From NCBI GenBank assembly GCA_902802355.1, contig CADCLU010000005.1, forward strand, positions 664 through 64,663: a DNA stretch of 64,000 bases, read 5' to 3'. A model generated the notes under the pieces. It worked only from the letters and a program-made list of their open reading frames with translations, did not search any database and was not told the DNA's origin. A program made the translations under genes and the position numbers. Source of the DNA: an uncultured Erysipelotrichaceae bacterium (GTDB taxonomy: Bacteria; Bacillota_I; Bacilli_A; RFN20; CAG-826). Positions 1 through 9,007 of this stretch are shown one piece after another. Numbering within the stretch: the stretch's first letter is position 1; every line of letters starts with the position of its first letter.

Positions 1-555
1 ACCGATTTCTTCTTCGTTGAAGTAATCTGGATCATAGGTGAAACCCATGGTACCCCAGAAATAAGGAACGGCATAGGTAAGGAAGGAATTATTGTCATTT
101 AATTTGACACTGGAGAATCTTTCTTTGATGAATGGAGAACCATAATCTTCAAAGTTTTGGAGGGATTCACCGTATTCACCTGTTGATTCGTTATAGGAGA
201 ACTTTTCTAAAAGACCTTCGTTCGCCATTTTTTGAATCATGTAGTCTGATGGGCAGCAAAGGTCGGCTTTGACGAGTCTCTTGCTGATCTTGGTGTACAT
301 GGTCTCGTTGGTGTCGAAGGTGATGTAGTTGACTTTGATCTTCTGGCCTTCGTGGCTTTCGGCGTAGGCTTTCTCGAAAGCGAGGATGGTTGAATCCTCA
401 AGTGGGTTGCCCTTCTCGTCGACGCCTTCGTAGATGTAGTCTTCCCAGTTGTAGACGTTGAGGGTGATGGTGCCGTCATTAGCACCGCCACAACTAGTGA
501 GTCCGCCTAAACTCATGAGTGCGGACATAGCTAAGATGAGTGCGCTTTTTTTCAT
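1..555 (-). CDS. potD: Spermidine/putrescine ABC transporter substrate-binding lipoprotein (truncated by window edge)
   Basis: Manual translation from ATG 555 (GGAGG upstream): MKKSALILAMSALMSLGGLTSC lipobox, then LNVYNWEDYI, FDTNETMY, PSDYMIQKM and AVPYFWGTMG, which are PotD motifs; follows potC. Confidence 0.92.
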   Translation of the reverse strand, partial: MKKSALILAMSALMSLGGLTSCGGANDGTITLNVYNWEDYIYEGVDEKGNPLEDSTILAFEKAYAESHEGQKIKVNYITFDTNETMYTKISKRLVKADLCCPSDYMIQKMANEGLLEKFSYNESTGEYGESLQNFEDYGSPFIKERFSSVKLNDNNSFLTYAVPYFWGTMGFTYDPDYFNEEEIG

Positions 556-576
556 TTCTAATTCCTCCTATAAAAA

Positions 577-1467
577 TTAGATTTTTTTCGCTTTGCGATT
601 ATTTACTATCGTGTAGCCGATCATGACTGCGACGATGAGTACGAAGATAAGGGTCGTGAAGGATCTGATCTGGATTGGGATAGCCCCTTTCGCGAGAGTT
701 CCTTGCACGTAGGTCGAGATGGTCTGGAAATCCATGCCTTCCGACGGTTTGGTGAATTCGGTGATGACAAAGTCATCAAGCGATAGCGTCATCGAGATCA
801 TGAAGCCCGAGAAGATGCCTGGAAGGAGATCTGGGATCATTACTTTGAAGAGAGCGCCTGCCCTGTTAGCGCCAAGATCCATCGCGGCCTCATAGAGGGA
901 TGGGTCCATCTGCTCTAATTTAGGCTGGACGTTGATGACCACGAACGGGATCGTGAGGACCATATGACCGATGATGAGGGAGAAGGCGGAGGTTGGGAGA
1001 TTAAGCCAGGCGAAGAGGATGCATAGCGATAAAGCCATGACGATTTCGGCGTTGACGATCGGGATTTCGTTCGCGAAATTGAAGACCGCTTTGAGCTTCT
1101 TTCCTAAGAAATGCATGCCGATGGCACCGGCAGTTCCTAGAACGGTGGAGAGAGTTGAGGCGACGACGGCCACCCAAACGGTGTTCCAAGTCGCTTCCCA
1201 AATCTGCTTGGCGTAGACGTTGCTTCCATTGAAGAGGGTAGCGTAGCAATCAAAGTTGAGGCCGTTCCACTGACCGATGACTTTGGAATCGGTGAAGCTA
1301 TAGAGGATGAGGTACATGATCGGGAGATACATGACAAGAAGCATGATCCAGACGAAGGTGAGGGCCACCGCTTTCTTGGCTTTCTCCCCTTTTTCTCTTC
1401 TTTGAAGAGAACGGTTGGTCTCTTCCATCGCCGTGTTAGGAGTGTTCATAACAAGTTCTTTTTCCAT
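577..1467 (-). CDS. potC: Spermidine/putrescine ABC transporter permease
   Basis: Multi-TM protein; EAA loop LYEAAMDLGA; SLDDFVIT motif; operon context. Confidence 0.92.
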   Translation of the reverse strand: MEKELVMNTPNTAMEETNRSLQRREKGEKAKKAVALTFVWIMLLVMYLPIMYLILYSFTDSKVIGQWNGLNFDCYATLFNGSNVYAKQIWEATWNTVWVAVVASTLSTVLGTAGAIGMHFLGKKLKAVFNFANEIPIVNAEIVMALSLCILFAWLNLPTSAFSLIIGHMVLTIPFVVINVQPKLEQMDPSLYEAAMDLGANRAGALFKVMIPDLLPGIFSGFMISMTLSLDDFVITEFTKPSEGMDFQTISTYVQGTLAKGAIPIQIRSFTTLIFVLIVAVMIGYTIVNNRKAKKI

Positions 1468-1469
1468 TG

Positions 1470-2297
1470 TTACCTGGCTCCTTTCTTCTTCTCACTGAAG
1501 AAATTCTCGAAGACGACGGAAAGTCCGATGAGGGCGAGCATGATGATGGCGTAGACGCTGCCAACATTAAGCTGGGAATGTAAGAATTGGTGCTCAATCT
1601 GACCGCCGATGAGCTTGATCGTACGGCCGGACAAGGCATCGGTGATGACGTAGGAAGACATCGTCGGCATGAAGGTCATCGTGGCCGCGGAGACGATTCC
1701 TGGAACCGTCATCGGGACGATGGTCTTGAAGAAGACCTGGACTGGGGAGGCGCCAAGGTCGGCAGCCGCCTCAATCTGGCTCTTATCGAGTTTGAGCATC
1801 GTGTTATAGAGAGGGAGGATGGCAAATGGGAGGTAGTTATAGACCATGCCGATGATGGAGCAGATCCATGGATGCATGGCAGGATCGAGGCCGAAGAAGA
1901 TGAGAAGCTGCTTTGTGGCAACGGTCCTGATGACGAAGTTGATCCACATCGGGAGAAGGAAGAGATAGACAAGAACAGCGTTCTTGTTGAACTTCGAATT
2001 CGCAAGGATATAGGCGATCGGATAGGCAATGAGGATGCAGATGACGGTCGTAAGGGCCGCAACGCCTAAGGATTGTCCGATGACTTTGAAGGTCGTTCCA
2101 CTGCTATCTGGCGAGAAAACGTCAATGAAGTTATTCAAGGTGAAATGACCGTCTGCATCGCTGAAGGCGTAGCAGAAGATGAGAAGGATCGGAAGAATGA
2201 TGAAGAGGACGAGGAAAACGCCGTATGGCATGCAAAGCCATTTGCGGTTCTCGCGCATCACTCCTTTGTTCTTCGGTAAAGCTCTGGTTGCTTCCAT
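1470..2297 (-). CDS. potB: Spermidine/putrescine ABC transporter permease
   Basis: LPMWINFVIRT, YNYLPFAILPLY and IEAAADLGA motifs. Confidence 0.92.
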   Translation of the reverse strand: MEATRALPKNKGVMRENRKWLCMPYGVFLVLFIILPILLIFCYAFSDADGHFTLNNFIDVFSPDSSGTTFKVIGQSLGVAALTTVICILIAYPIAYILANSKFNKNAVLVYLFLLPMWINFVIRTVATKQLLIFFGLDPAMHPWICSIIGMVYNYLPFAILPLYNTMLKLDKSQIEAAADLGASPVQVFFKTIVPMTVPGIVSAATMTFMPTMSSYVITDALSGRTIKLIGGQIEHQFLHSQLNVGSVYAIIMLALIGLSVVFENFFSEKKKGAR

Positions 2298-2302
2298 TTC
2301 GT

Positions 2303-3850
2303 TTACCTACCACCCTTGAGTTTGACTTCGACGCCACCCTCTTTGATGACGAGGGAGACGTTGTCGCCGATATTCCAGAGGTCTGGGGTGTTGATGATGA
2401 ACTCCTCATCGACATCCTGATTCCAGACAGTTACTTCGTAATGGTCGCCAAGGTAGATCATGTTAATGATCTCGCCATGGAGGTCAGAGGCATTTGGATC
2501 GTCGGAGAGTTCGATGTCATCGAAACCGACTTCGACGGAGACCTGAAGTCCTTCGACATCCCTTTCCTCACCCTTATCGTTGATGAGGGTGCCCTCTTCG
2601 CTAAGGTGATAGCCCGGGAAGAGCTTAAGGACATCGAATGAAGCATGGATGCCAGCAAAGCTGACATGGCAGTGTTTGGTAAGATGGCCGTCGTAGTAGT
2701 TAGAAGTGAATGGCTTCTTCATGATCTGGATGTTCTCCGGATCGACGGAAAGTCCGACGACGCTTTCTTCTTCGTAGTTCTTGGTGGACTGAGCGATCAT
2801 CTCGTTCTTTCCAACCATCGTGATGTATTCGTAATGCATGCCTTTGAAGATCTTGGAAACGATCTTGGCATTGACGGTGCCTTCGTCTTTTGGGCTGATG
2901 ATGACGTCCTCCGGACGGATGACGACGTCGACCTTTTCGTTGAGGGCGAATTTGCCTTCGTCGGCTGGGTCGCTATCGAAGGAGGCGCCTAAGAATTTGA
3001 TCTTGTTCCCCTTCTGCACCGTTCCGGTGAAGATCGAGGATTCACCGATGAAGTCAGCGACGAAAGCGTTCTTTGGCTCGTCGTAGATCTCTTTTGGGGT
3101 GCCGACCTGCTGGATTTCGCCATCGGACATGACGACGATGGTGTCAGACATGGTGAGGGCCTCTTCCTGGTCGTGGGTGACGTAGATGAAAGTGATGCCA
3201 AGCTTTTTGTGCATGGCCTTGAGCTCAAGCTGCATCTCCTTCCTCATCTTGAGGTCGAGAGCGCCTAAAGGCTCATCGAGGAGAAGGATCTCTGGCTCAT
3301 TGACGATGGCGCGGGCGATGGCGATTCTTTGCTGTTGGCCACCAGAGAGGGTTGAGACCGCTCTCTTCTCAAAGCCCTCTAAGTCAACGAGGTTAAGGGC
3401 GTATTTGACTTTGGCCCTGATCTCGTCTTTGGTGAGCTTCCTTTTGGCGTAGAGCTGATTGCCGTTCTCATCGAGGATTGGATTTCCTTCTTTGTCCTTG
3501 AGAGGCTTGGTTAAATCATCGACCCTCTTGTACTGAAGGCCGAAAGCGATGTTCTTGTAGATATTGAGATGGGTGAAGAGGGCGTAACGCTGGAAGACGG
3601 TGTTGATTGGTCTCTTGTATGGCGGGATGAGGGAAATGTCCTGACCATTGAGGAGGATCTGACCGCTTGTCGGCATGTCGAATCCGGCGATCATTCTGAG
3701 GGTGGTTGTCTTGCCGCATCCAGAAGGACCAAGGAAGGTGACGAACTCACCTCTTTTGATATCGAGATTGAAGTCATCCACAGCGGTGAAAGACTTGTCG
3801 AAGACCTTGCAGACATTCTTCAAGGAAATGATTGTGTTCTCAGCGTTCAT
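2303..3850 (-). CDS. potA: Spermidine/putrescine ABC transporter ATP-binding protein
   Basis: Walker A GPSGCGKT, LSGGQQQ, LLLDEP, YVTHDQEEA; start moved to ATG 3850, which has GGAGG upstream. Confidence 0.93.
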   Translation of the reverse strand: MNAENTIISLKNVCKVFDKSFTAVDDFNLDIKRGEFVTFLGPSGCGKTTTLRMIAGFDMPTSGQILLNGQDISLIPPYKRPINTVFQRYALFTHLNIYKNIAFGLQYKRVDDLTKPLKDKEGNPILDENGNQLYAKRKLTKDEIRAKVKYALNLVDLEGFEKRAVSTLSGGQQQRIAIARAIVNEPEILLLDEPLGALDLKMRKEMQLELKAMHKKLGITFIYVTHDQEEALTMSDTIVVMSDGEIQQVGTPKEIYDEPKNAFVADFIGESSIFTGTVQKGNKIKFLGASFDSDPADEGKFALNEKVDVVIRPEDVIISPKDEGTVNAKIVSKIFKGMHYEYITMVGKNEMIAQSTKNYEEESVVGLSVDPENIQIMKKPFTSNYYDGHLTKHCHVSFAGIHASFDVLKLFPGYHLSEEGTLINDKGEERDVEGLQVSVEVGFDDIELSDDPNASDLHGEIINMIYLGDHYEVTVWNQDVDEEFIINTPDLWNIGDNVSLVIKEGGVEVKLKGGR

Positions 3851-4263
3851 TTTCGTGCCTCCATACCCTCTTAGAAACAGGATAACGAATGCCAGTAATT
3901 CCCCTCTTGAAAAGAGGTAGGAAACTTGACGCGAAAAATAATGCATTAAAAGGACACAAAAAACAACAAAATTTTTCACACTTTTTTCGATAATTTTTTC
4001 GTGATGGTTTTTGAAAAAATCAAAAGTGGGCATTTTGTGGGACTTATCGAAGTTTCCCTAGCATTTTTTAAGGTGAAATTTTTTTGATTTTTTTCGAAAT
4101 TTTTCGGGGTGATTTTCGTTCAAAAAAACTGTGTCGGTTTTTCACACCGATTTTTGGGGTCATTTTAGGGGGTGTTTTCTGGGGTTCGCGCGTGCGCGCA
4201 ACCTATTTTATGCAATTCTTAAGGGTCTTTTTTTACTCTGGCGTTTTCACTAAAATAATAGGC

Positions 4264-5358
4264 ATGAAAAAACGTTTTTTATTCTGTGCCGTTTTGACTT
4301 CCTTGAGCCTCCTTTCCGGATGCCAAAAAGAGGAAGCCGAACTTATCAATATCACCTTCGGGAAACTATACGATTCCTCTCTTGAGGAGACCATCGAAAA
4401 CCATCTCGTTACGGTCACTCATTCAGAGCTTACTTCATTGGTCTCTGAGAAGAAGGAATTCATCCTTCTCGTCTATGACAAAAACAACACCTGCACCTGC
4501 TGGGAGGAGTTTGAAAAGACCATCCTTTCCTTCGTCAAAAGGAAGAACGCGTTAATCTACGCGATCGCCCCTACCGAGTTCGACGGAGGACACGAGACAT
4601 TCGGTCTCAACATCGCTAAGAACGAAGAGACCATCGCGATTTTCGAGGATGGAGAAGTCAAACATCAGAAGACCACAAACGGCGATAAAGATGAGTTCAT
4701 GAAGGAAGAGAGATTCGCTTCCTGGCTTAATGAGAAAGTCCACTTCTCGAAGATGCTTTATGTGAACGCGATCCAATATTTCGCCCTTTTCAATAAAGGC
4801 GAGCAGTTCACAGTTGGCTATCTTAGAAGCTCCTGCCCAGATTGCTCATATGTCGAGGATGCCGTCCTTTCCTCTTTCAACGCGAAAGACAACAACGTCT
4901 CATACGTCATCGATTGCGATGTCGATGGCATCAGACTCAAGAACGGCGAATACGATGAAGAGCAATGGAACTTTTTCAAAGAGGCCTCCGGTCTTTCCTC
5001 TAGCGGAAGCGAGGATTTCGGATATGGCCAAGGCTATGTCCCTTCCTTCTACACCTATGCCGGATACAACGCCGCAACGATAGGCGAAAGAATCGCGGAC
5101 GCTGTCGTTTATCTTAATGACAAAATCGAGAAAAACCCCGAAACAGGCGAATACTATGTGGCCGATTCTTTCTTCACCGAAGAAAGAGAGATTGTCCTCG
5201 GTTTCTTAGGTAACACGAAGGTTGAGACAACCGTCTTAAAAGGAATGAAAATACCTGCAGAGGATATCGAAAACGGAACTTGGAAGAAAGACGCCGCCGC
5301 TAAATACCATAACCCTCTTCTTGAGGCTTATTTGACCGCTTACGTAGGTAAGAAATAA
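4264..5358 (+). CDS. Lipoprotein with two probable thioredoxin-like domains
   Basis: Start ATG 4264; MKKRF...LLSGC lipobox; CTCW and CPDC motifs each follow a beta strand; YVPSF cis-Pro-like motif. Confidence 0.6.
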   Translation: MKKRFLFCAVLTSLSLLSGCQKEEAELINITFGKLYDSSLEETIENHLVTVTHSELTSLVSEKKEFILLVYDKNNTCTCWEEFEKTILSFVKRKNALIYAIAPTEFDGGHETFGLNIAKNEETIAIFEDGEVKHQKTTNGDKDEFMKEERFASWLNEKVHFSKMLYVNAIQYFALFNKGEQFTVGYLRSSCPDCSYVEDAVLSSFNAKDNNVSYVIDCDVDGIRLKNGEYDEEQWNFFKEASGLSSSGSEDFGYGQGYVPSFYTYAGYNAATIGERIADAVVYLNDKIEKNPETGEYYVADSFFTEEREIVLGFLGNTKVETTVLKGMKIPAEDIENGTWKKDAAAKYHNPLLEAYLTAYVGKK

Positions 5359-5415
5359 GATAATCCCAATAGAAAACCCCTTTCTTTCGTTAAATTTGTG
5401 AACGGAGTTTTCAAA

Positions 5416-6117
5416 ATGAACCCTTTTGCCAGCGTTTTCCAACTATTTTCCGGTAACACGGTTTTTGCTTTTTTCATCCCCTTTGGCGTCGCTTTGCTCA
5501 TTGGCATCGCCATGGCTTTCACCTACAAAGCCGTCAAGAAAGGCGAGGTTTACACCAAATTCATGCCGATCGCCATGATCGTCTTACCTTTGGTGATGAC
5601 TTCCCTTATCGGCCTCATCAACATGCGTAACATCGAAATCGAGTCCGAAGGCTATGTCAGAGTCGCCCTTGTCGTGAGCGCAGGCATCGCCTTAACCCGT
5701 TTCAGAAGCGACAAGCTCTCGATGATCGACATGGTCTATCTCATCGTGGCCTCCACCCTTGGCATCGTCCTTGGAATTGGCTATGTCATGTACCCAATCA
5801 TCATCGCTATCGTCGTCATTGCTATCATGCTCATCGCCCATAAGATGAAATTCGGCGAAAACAAAGACGGCGTGTACACTCTCAAATACCAGGTTGGCGA
5901 AGATCTTGCTAACACTGAGGTCTTTGAAGAGGCTATTTCAAAGCACTGCTCCACCCATAACTTGCAGAGCGTCCGCACCATCGAATACGGCCAGCTTTAC
6001 GAAGTAAGATATAACGTCACACTAAAGAAAGGCGCTTCAGTCAAAGCCCTTATCGATGAGGTAAGGATGCATAACGCTAACCTCAATGTCAGCGTCATCA
6101 TCGCTGAGAAAGACTAA
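5416..6117 (+). CDS. DUF4956 family membrane protein
   Basis: Several TM helices with ALTRFRS motif and a C-terminal ACT-like domain ending NANLNVSV; directly upstream of a VTC gene, which is the usual pairing. Confidence 0.8.
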   Translation: MNPFASVFQLFSGNTVFAFFIPFGVALLIGIAMAFTYKAVKKGEVYTKFMPIAMIVLPLVMTSLIGLINMRNIEIESEGYVRVALVVSAGIALTRFRSDKLSMIDMVYLIVASTLGIVLGIGYVMYPIIIAIVVIAIMLIAHKMKFGENKDGVYTLKYQVGEDLANTEVFEEAISKHCSTHNLQSVRTIEYGQLYEVRYNVTLKKGASVKALIDEVRMHNANLNVSVIIAEKD

Positions 6118-6119
6118 GA

Positions 6120-6854
6120 ATGGCCATCAATTCCGGCAACTCCTTCTGCCGAATCGAGAATAAATACATCATCCCTCTTGAGAAAGTGCCTCTTTTGATT
6201 GAGGCCATTTCCGAGCATGTCGAATATGACAAGTTCGCAAAAGAAAAGGGATCATACCAGGTCAATTCCATCTATTTTGACAATATCTATGGCGATATCC
6301 ATAACAGAAACATCGCCAAACCGAAGTTCAAAGAGAAGCTCCGTCTAAGGTCCTATGGAGGAGATAAGCCTATCTTCTTCTTAGAGTTCAAAGACAAGGT
6401 ATTCAAGGATGTATACAAAAGACGCATCTACCTCAGCAAAGAAGAGGTTGATGCCTTTGTTAATGATGGTGTTTTCCCTCCGAAGAACGGAGACCCAAAA
6501 CATGACGAATTCATCGATGAGCTCGCGATTTTCAAGGAAAGATATAGAGGTTCGATCGTCCCTAACACAATCATGCAGTACGACAGGGTCGCCTACATGA
6601 ATAAGCCTGGCGAAGGCTATCTCAGATTAACCGTAGATAGAGACATTCGTTACAGGAGAGAAGACTTCGAAATCAACAAAATCGGCGGCAAATCCCTCCT
6701 AAAAGAAGGATATGGCATCCTTGAGATCAAGTTCATTGGAGCAATGCCCCTCTTCGTCGCAAAGGCCCTCAATGACCTAGGGCTCCAAAGGCAGACCTTC
6801 TCCAAATTCGGCTCTTCATATCTAAGCGAAGCCAAAGAGGCAAGACTTCTCTAA
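6120..6854 (+). CDS. VTC domain (polyphosphate polymerase-like, CYTH fold) protein
   Basis: RIENKY, SIYFD, EKLRLRSY, FLEFK, YKRR, YDRVAY, LRLTVD, ILEIK and FSKF motifs. Confidence 0.88.
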   Translation: MAINSGNSFCRIENKYIIPLEKVPLLIEAISEHVEYDKFAKEKGSYQVNSIYFDNIYGDIHNRNIAKPKFKEKLRLRSYGGDKPIFFLEFKDKVFKDVYKRRIYLSKEEVDAFVNDGVFPPKNGDPKHDEFIDELAIFKERYRGSIVPNTIMQYDRVAYMNKPGEGYLRLTVDRDIRYRREDFEINKIGGKSLLKEGYGILEIKFIGAMPLFVAKALNDLGLQRQTFSKFGSSYLSEAKEARLL

Positions 6855-6910
6855 AGAGGTTCTTCCTCTTTTTTCTTTTACTCGACCCCTCTAAGTTCGA
6901 TAATATCCCC

Positions 6911-8029
6911 ATGGCTTACATCCGTAACGTTTTGTCATCATTAAGAAAGGCTGACCTCGACTTCGCCCTCATCGACGAAGGAGACAGAATCGCCGTTGGG
7001 GTATCCGGGGGAAAAGATTCCCTTTGCCTCCTCAAGGCCCTTTCCATATACACACTTTACTCAAAGAAGAAATTCACTGTCCACCCTATCTTCCTTGACC
7101 TCGGTTTTGACTTCGATAGAAGCGAGATCAAGAAGCTTGAAAAGTTCGCTAAAGAATGCGGCACAAAACTCTCTGTGGTTGACAGTCGTTTTGTCTTTGA
7201 TATTCTCAAGGCTCATAAGAAACCAGATGGACATCTCCCTTGCTCGATCTGCTCACGCATGAAGAAAGCGGCGATCAACGCCGAAGCGAAGAAACTCCAC
7301 TGCAACAAAGTCGCGTTCGCTCACCATAACGAAGACTCCATCGAAACTTTATTCATGAATATGGTTCATGGAGGAAGAGTTGCAACCTTTGATCCGAAGA
7401 TGACTTTAGAAAGAGCGGGCATTACTTTCATCAGGCCTCTTATCTACTGTCATGAATGGTATCTCGTCCATATGGCGGAAGAAGAAAACATTCCTATCGT
7501 TGACACTAAATGTCCTGCTAATAAACATACCGAAAGAGAGGTTACTAAGAACTTCGTCAAGAAGCTCTACAAAGACCATCCTGAAAGCGTCATGAACCTC
7601 CGTAATCTCATGAGCAACCATGAAGCCTTCAACCTCTATTTCCCGAACATCGAATACGTTCATGAGAAAAAACCTTCTTTGTCTCTCCGCCCAATCATCT
7701 CCCCTGAGGATATGAGAGGAACGAAGATGTCTTTCAAAAAGAAGAAGGAAGGCGAAGTCGATTACCTCGTGTTATGGAATCACAAGAGGGTTGGCGAAGT
7801 CTCTTATATGCATCTAAGCGCCCACAAAGTCCTCCTCTTCAATGTCTCTGGTGAGAAAGAATACCTTAAAGAAGGGATTCCGTTCCTAATGGAGAAGATC
7901 TGTGAGAGGGTCAACCCTGTCCATTTCTATCTCTATGGCAATAAAGCCTTAGCGAACCTCATGAGTTTCAAAGAAGTAAACGTCGAAGGCAGGAAATCCC
8001 CTGCTTACATGATTACGATCAAGAAATAA
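6911..8029 (+). CDS. ttcA: tRNA 2-thiocytidine(32) synthetase TtcA-like protein with C-terminal extension
   Basis: PP-loop SGGKDS, PCSICSRM, AHHNED, IRPL and CPA motifs; about 130 extra C-terminal residues. Confidence 0.82.
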   Translation: MAYIRNVLSSLRKADLDFALIDEGDRIAVGVSGGKDSLCLLKALSIYTLYSKKKFTVHPIFLDLGFDFDRSEIKKLEKFAKECGTKLSVVDSRFVFDILKAHKKPDGHLPCSICSRMKKAAINAEAKKLHCNKVAFAHHNEDSIETLFMNMVHGGRVATFDPKMTLERAGITFIRPLIYCHEWYLVHMAEEENIPIVDTKCPANKHTEREVTKNFVKKLYKDHPESVMNLRNLMSNHEAFNLYFPNIEYVHEKKPSLSLRPIISPEDMRGTKMSFKKKKEGEVDYLVLWNHKRVGEVSYMHLSAHKVLLFNVSGEKEYLKEGIPFLMEKICERVNPVHFYLYGNKALANLMSFKEVNVEGRKSPAYMITIKK

Positions 8030-8065
8030 AAAAAGAAAAGGATGGCAATTTGCCACCCTTTTTTT
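8030..8065. terminator. Bidirectional intrinsic terminator
   Basis: A-tract / ggatggca..tgccaccc / T-tract between convergent genes. Confidence 0.7.
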
Positions 8066-8086
8066 AAAAATCCCTGCAAATTCCGC

Positions 8087-8890
8087 TTAATCCCTCGAGG
8101 AAGAAGCCGAACTTGAAGCGCTCGCAATCAAGAGAAGAACACGGTAGATGAGCTCAAGAAGAGCGATGACCATGTCGTTGATGTATTCGATGTTATAGAG
8201 ACGGAAGAGTTCTTTGCACATTCCGATTTCTTCTTCGGTAGCAAGATTATCTCTACGCATGACCTCAATGGCCTTCTCTTGAGCCTTTTTCTCGGTCTTA
8301 AGAACGACTATCGACATGATGAAGGAGATGACGTAGAAGAGTAAGCCTAATAAGCTTAGAAGAATCGACCATAGGCCAATCGTATGGAAGAAGATGATAT
8401 CAAGGGCGACGCCTATGGCCACAAGCGGGACAAAGGCAAGAGGCCCGAAATAGATAAGAGGTGTGAGGACGATTCTTGTCTTCATGTCTTTATCGCCTTC
8501 TTTATCGAGGACGGCAAGTGACGATTTTTGAGCGGCCATCGCAAGAGAAGAGATGCTCCTCTTCTTAACGGTCCATCTCCTTAGACGGACTTTCTTGAAA
8601 TAATGCGAATAGCTGTTTCCAAAAAGGAAAGAACCGGTGACGCTGACCCTGATGTGGTTTAGGCCTTCTTTATCGAGGAGGGTTCTAGCGATTTCTTCGC
8701 CGTTTTGTCCCCTACTATTCTGCACGCGGTTGAATCTCACGTACTTGATGGCAAGAGTGATTTCCACCCCAAGAGCGAAGATGCTCACTAAGCCGATAAG
8801 GACAATGACGATGAATAATGCGATGGCGATGCCATCATTAATATCGCCTAGGCCTAAAGCTTCTTCGATAAAAGCGATGAGTTGATCCAT
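8087..8890 (-). CDS. YugP-like (Zn_peptidase_2) membrane protein lacking HExxH
   Basis: GEEIARTLLDKEGL and KKVRL match YugP; the HExxH position reads QKSSL. Confidence 0.7.
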   Translation of the reverse strand: MDQLIAFIEEALGLGDINDGIAIALFIVIVLIGLVSIFALGVEITLAIKYVRFNRVQNSRGQNGEEIARTLLDKEGLNHIRVSVTGSFLFGNSYSHYFKKVRLRRWTVKKRSISSLAMAAQKSSLAVLDKEGDKDMKTRIVLTPLIYFGPLAFVPLVAIGVALDIIFFHTIGLWSILLSLLGLLFYVISFIMSIVVLKTEKKAQEKAIEVMRRDNLATEEEIGMCKELFRLYNIEYINDMVIALLELIYRVLLLIASASSSASSSRD

Positions 8891-8959
8891 AATATGTAAC
8901 TCCTATTGTCTATATTGTAGCAAAAAAGAAGGCGACCTGAAAAATAATGCATAGATAAG

Positions 8960-8994
8960 AAAAAGCAGCGAGCTAATTGCCCGCTGCTCTTTTT
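8960..8994 (-). terminator. Intrinsic terminator of the CotH gene
   Basis: agcagcg...cgctgct hairpin flanked by A and T tracts. Confidence 0.7.
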
Positions 8995-9007
8995 GTAATG
9001 TGATTAA

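Noticed and set aside
3851-4263. N-terminal extensions of ORFs 2303..4033 and 4084..5358
   Set aside because: Phe-rich translations of T-tract intergenic DNA; better starts exist at 3850 (GGAGG) and 4264 (signal peptide).
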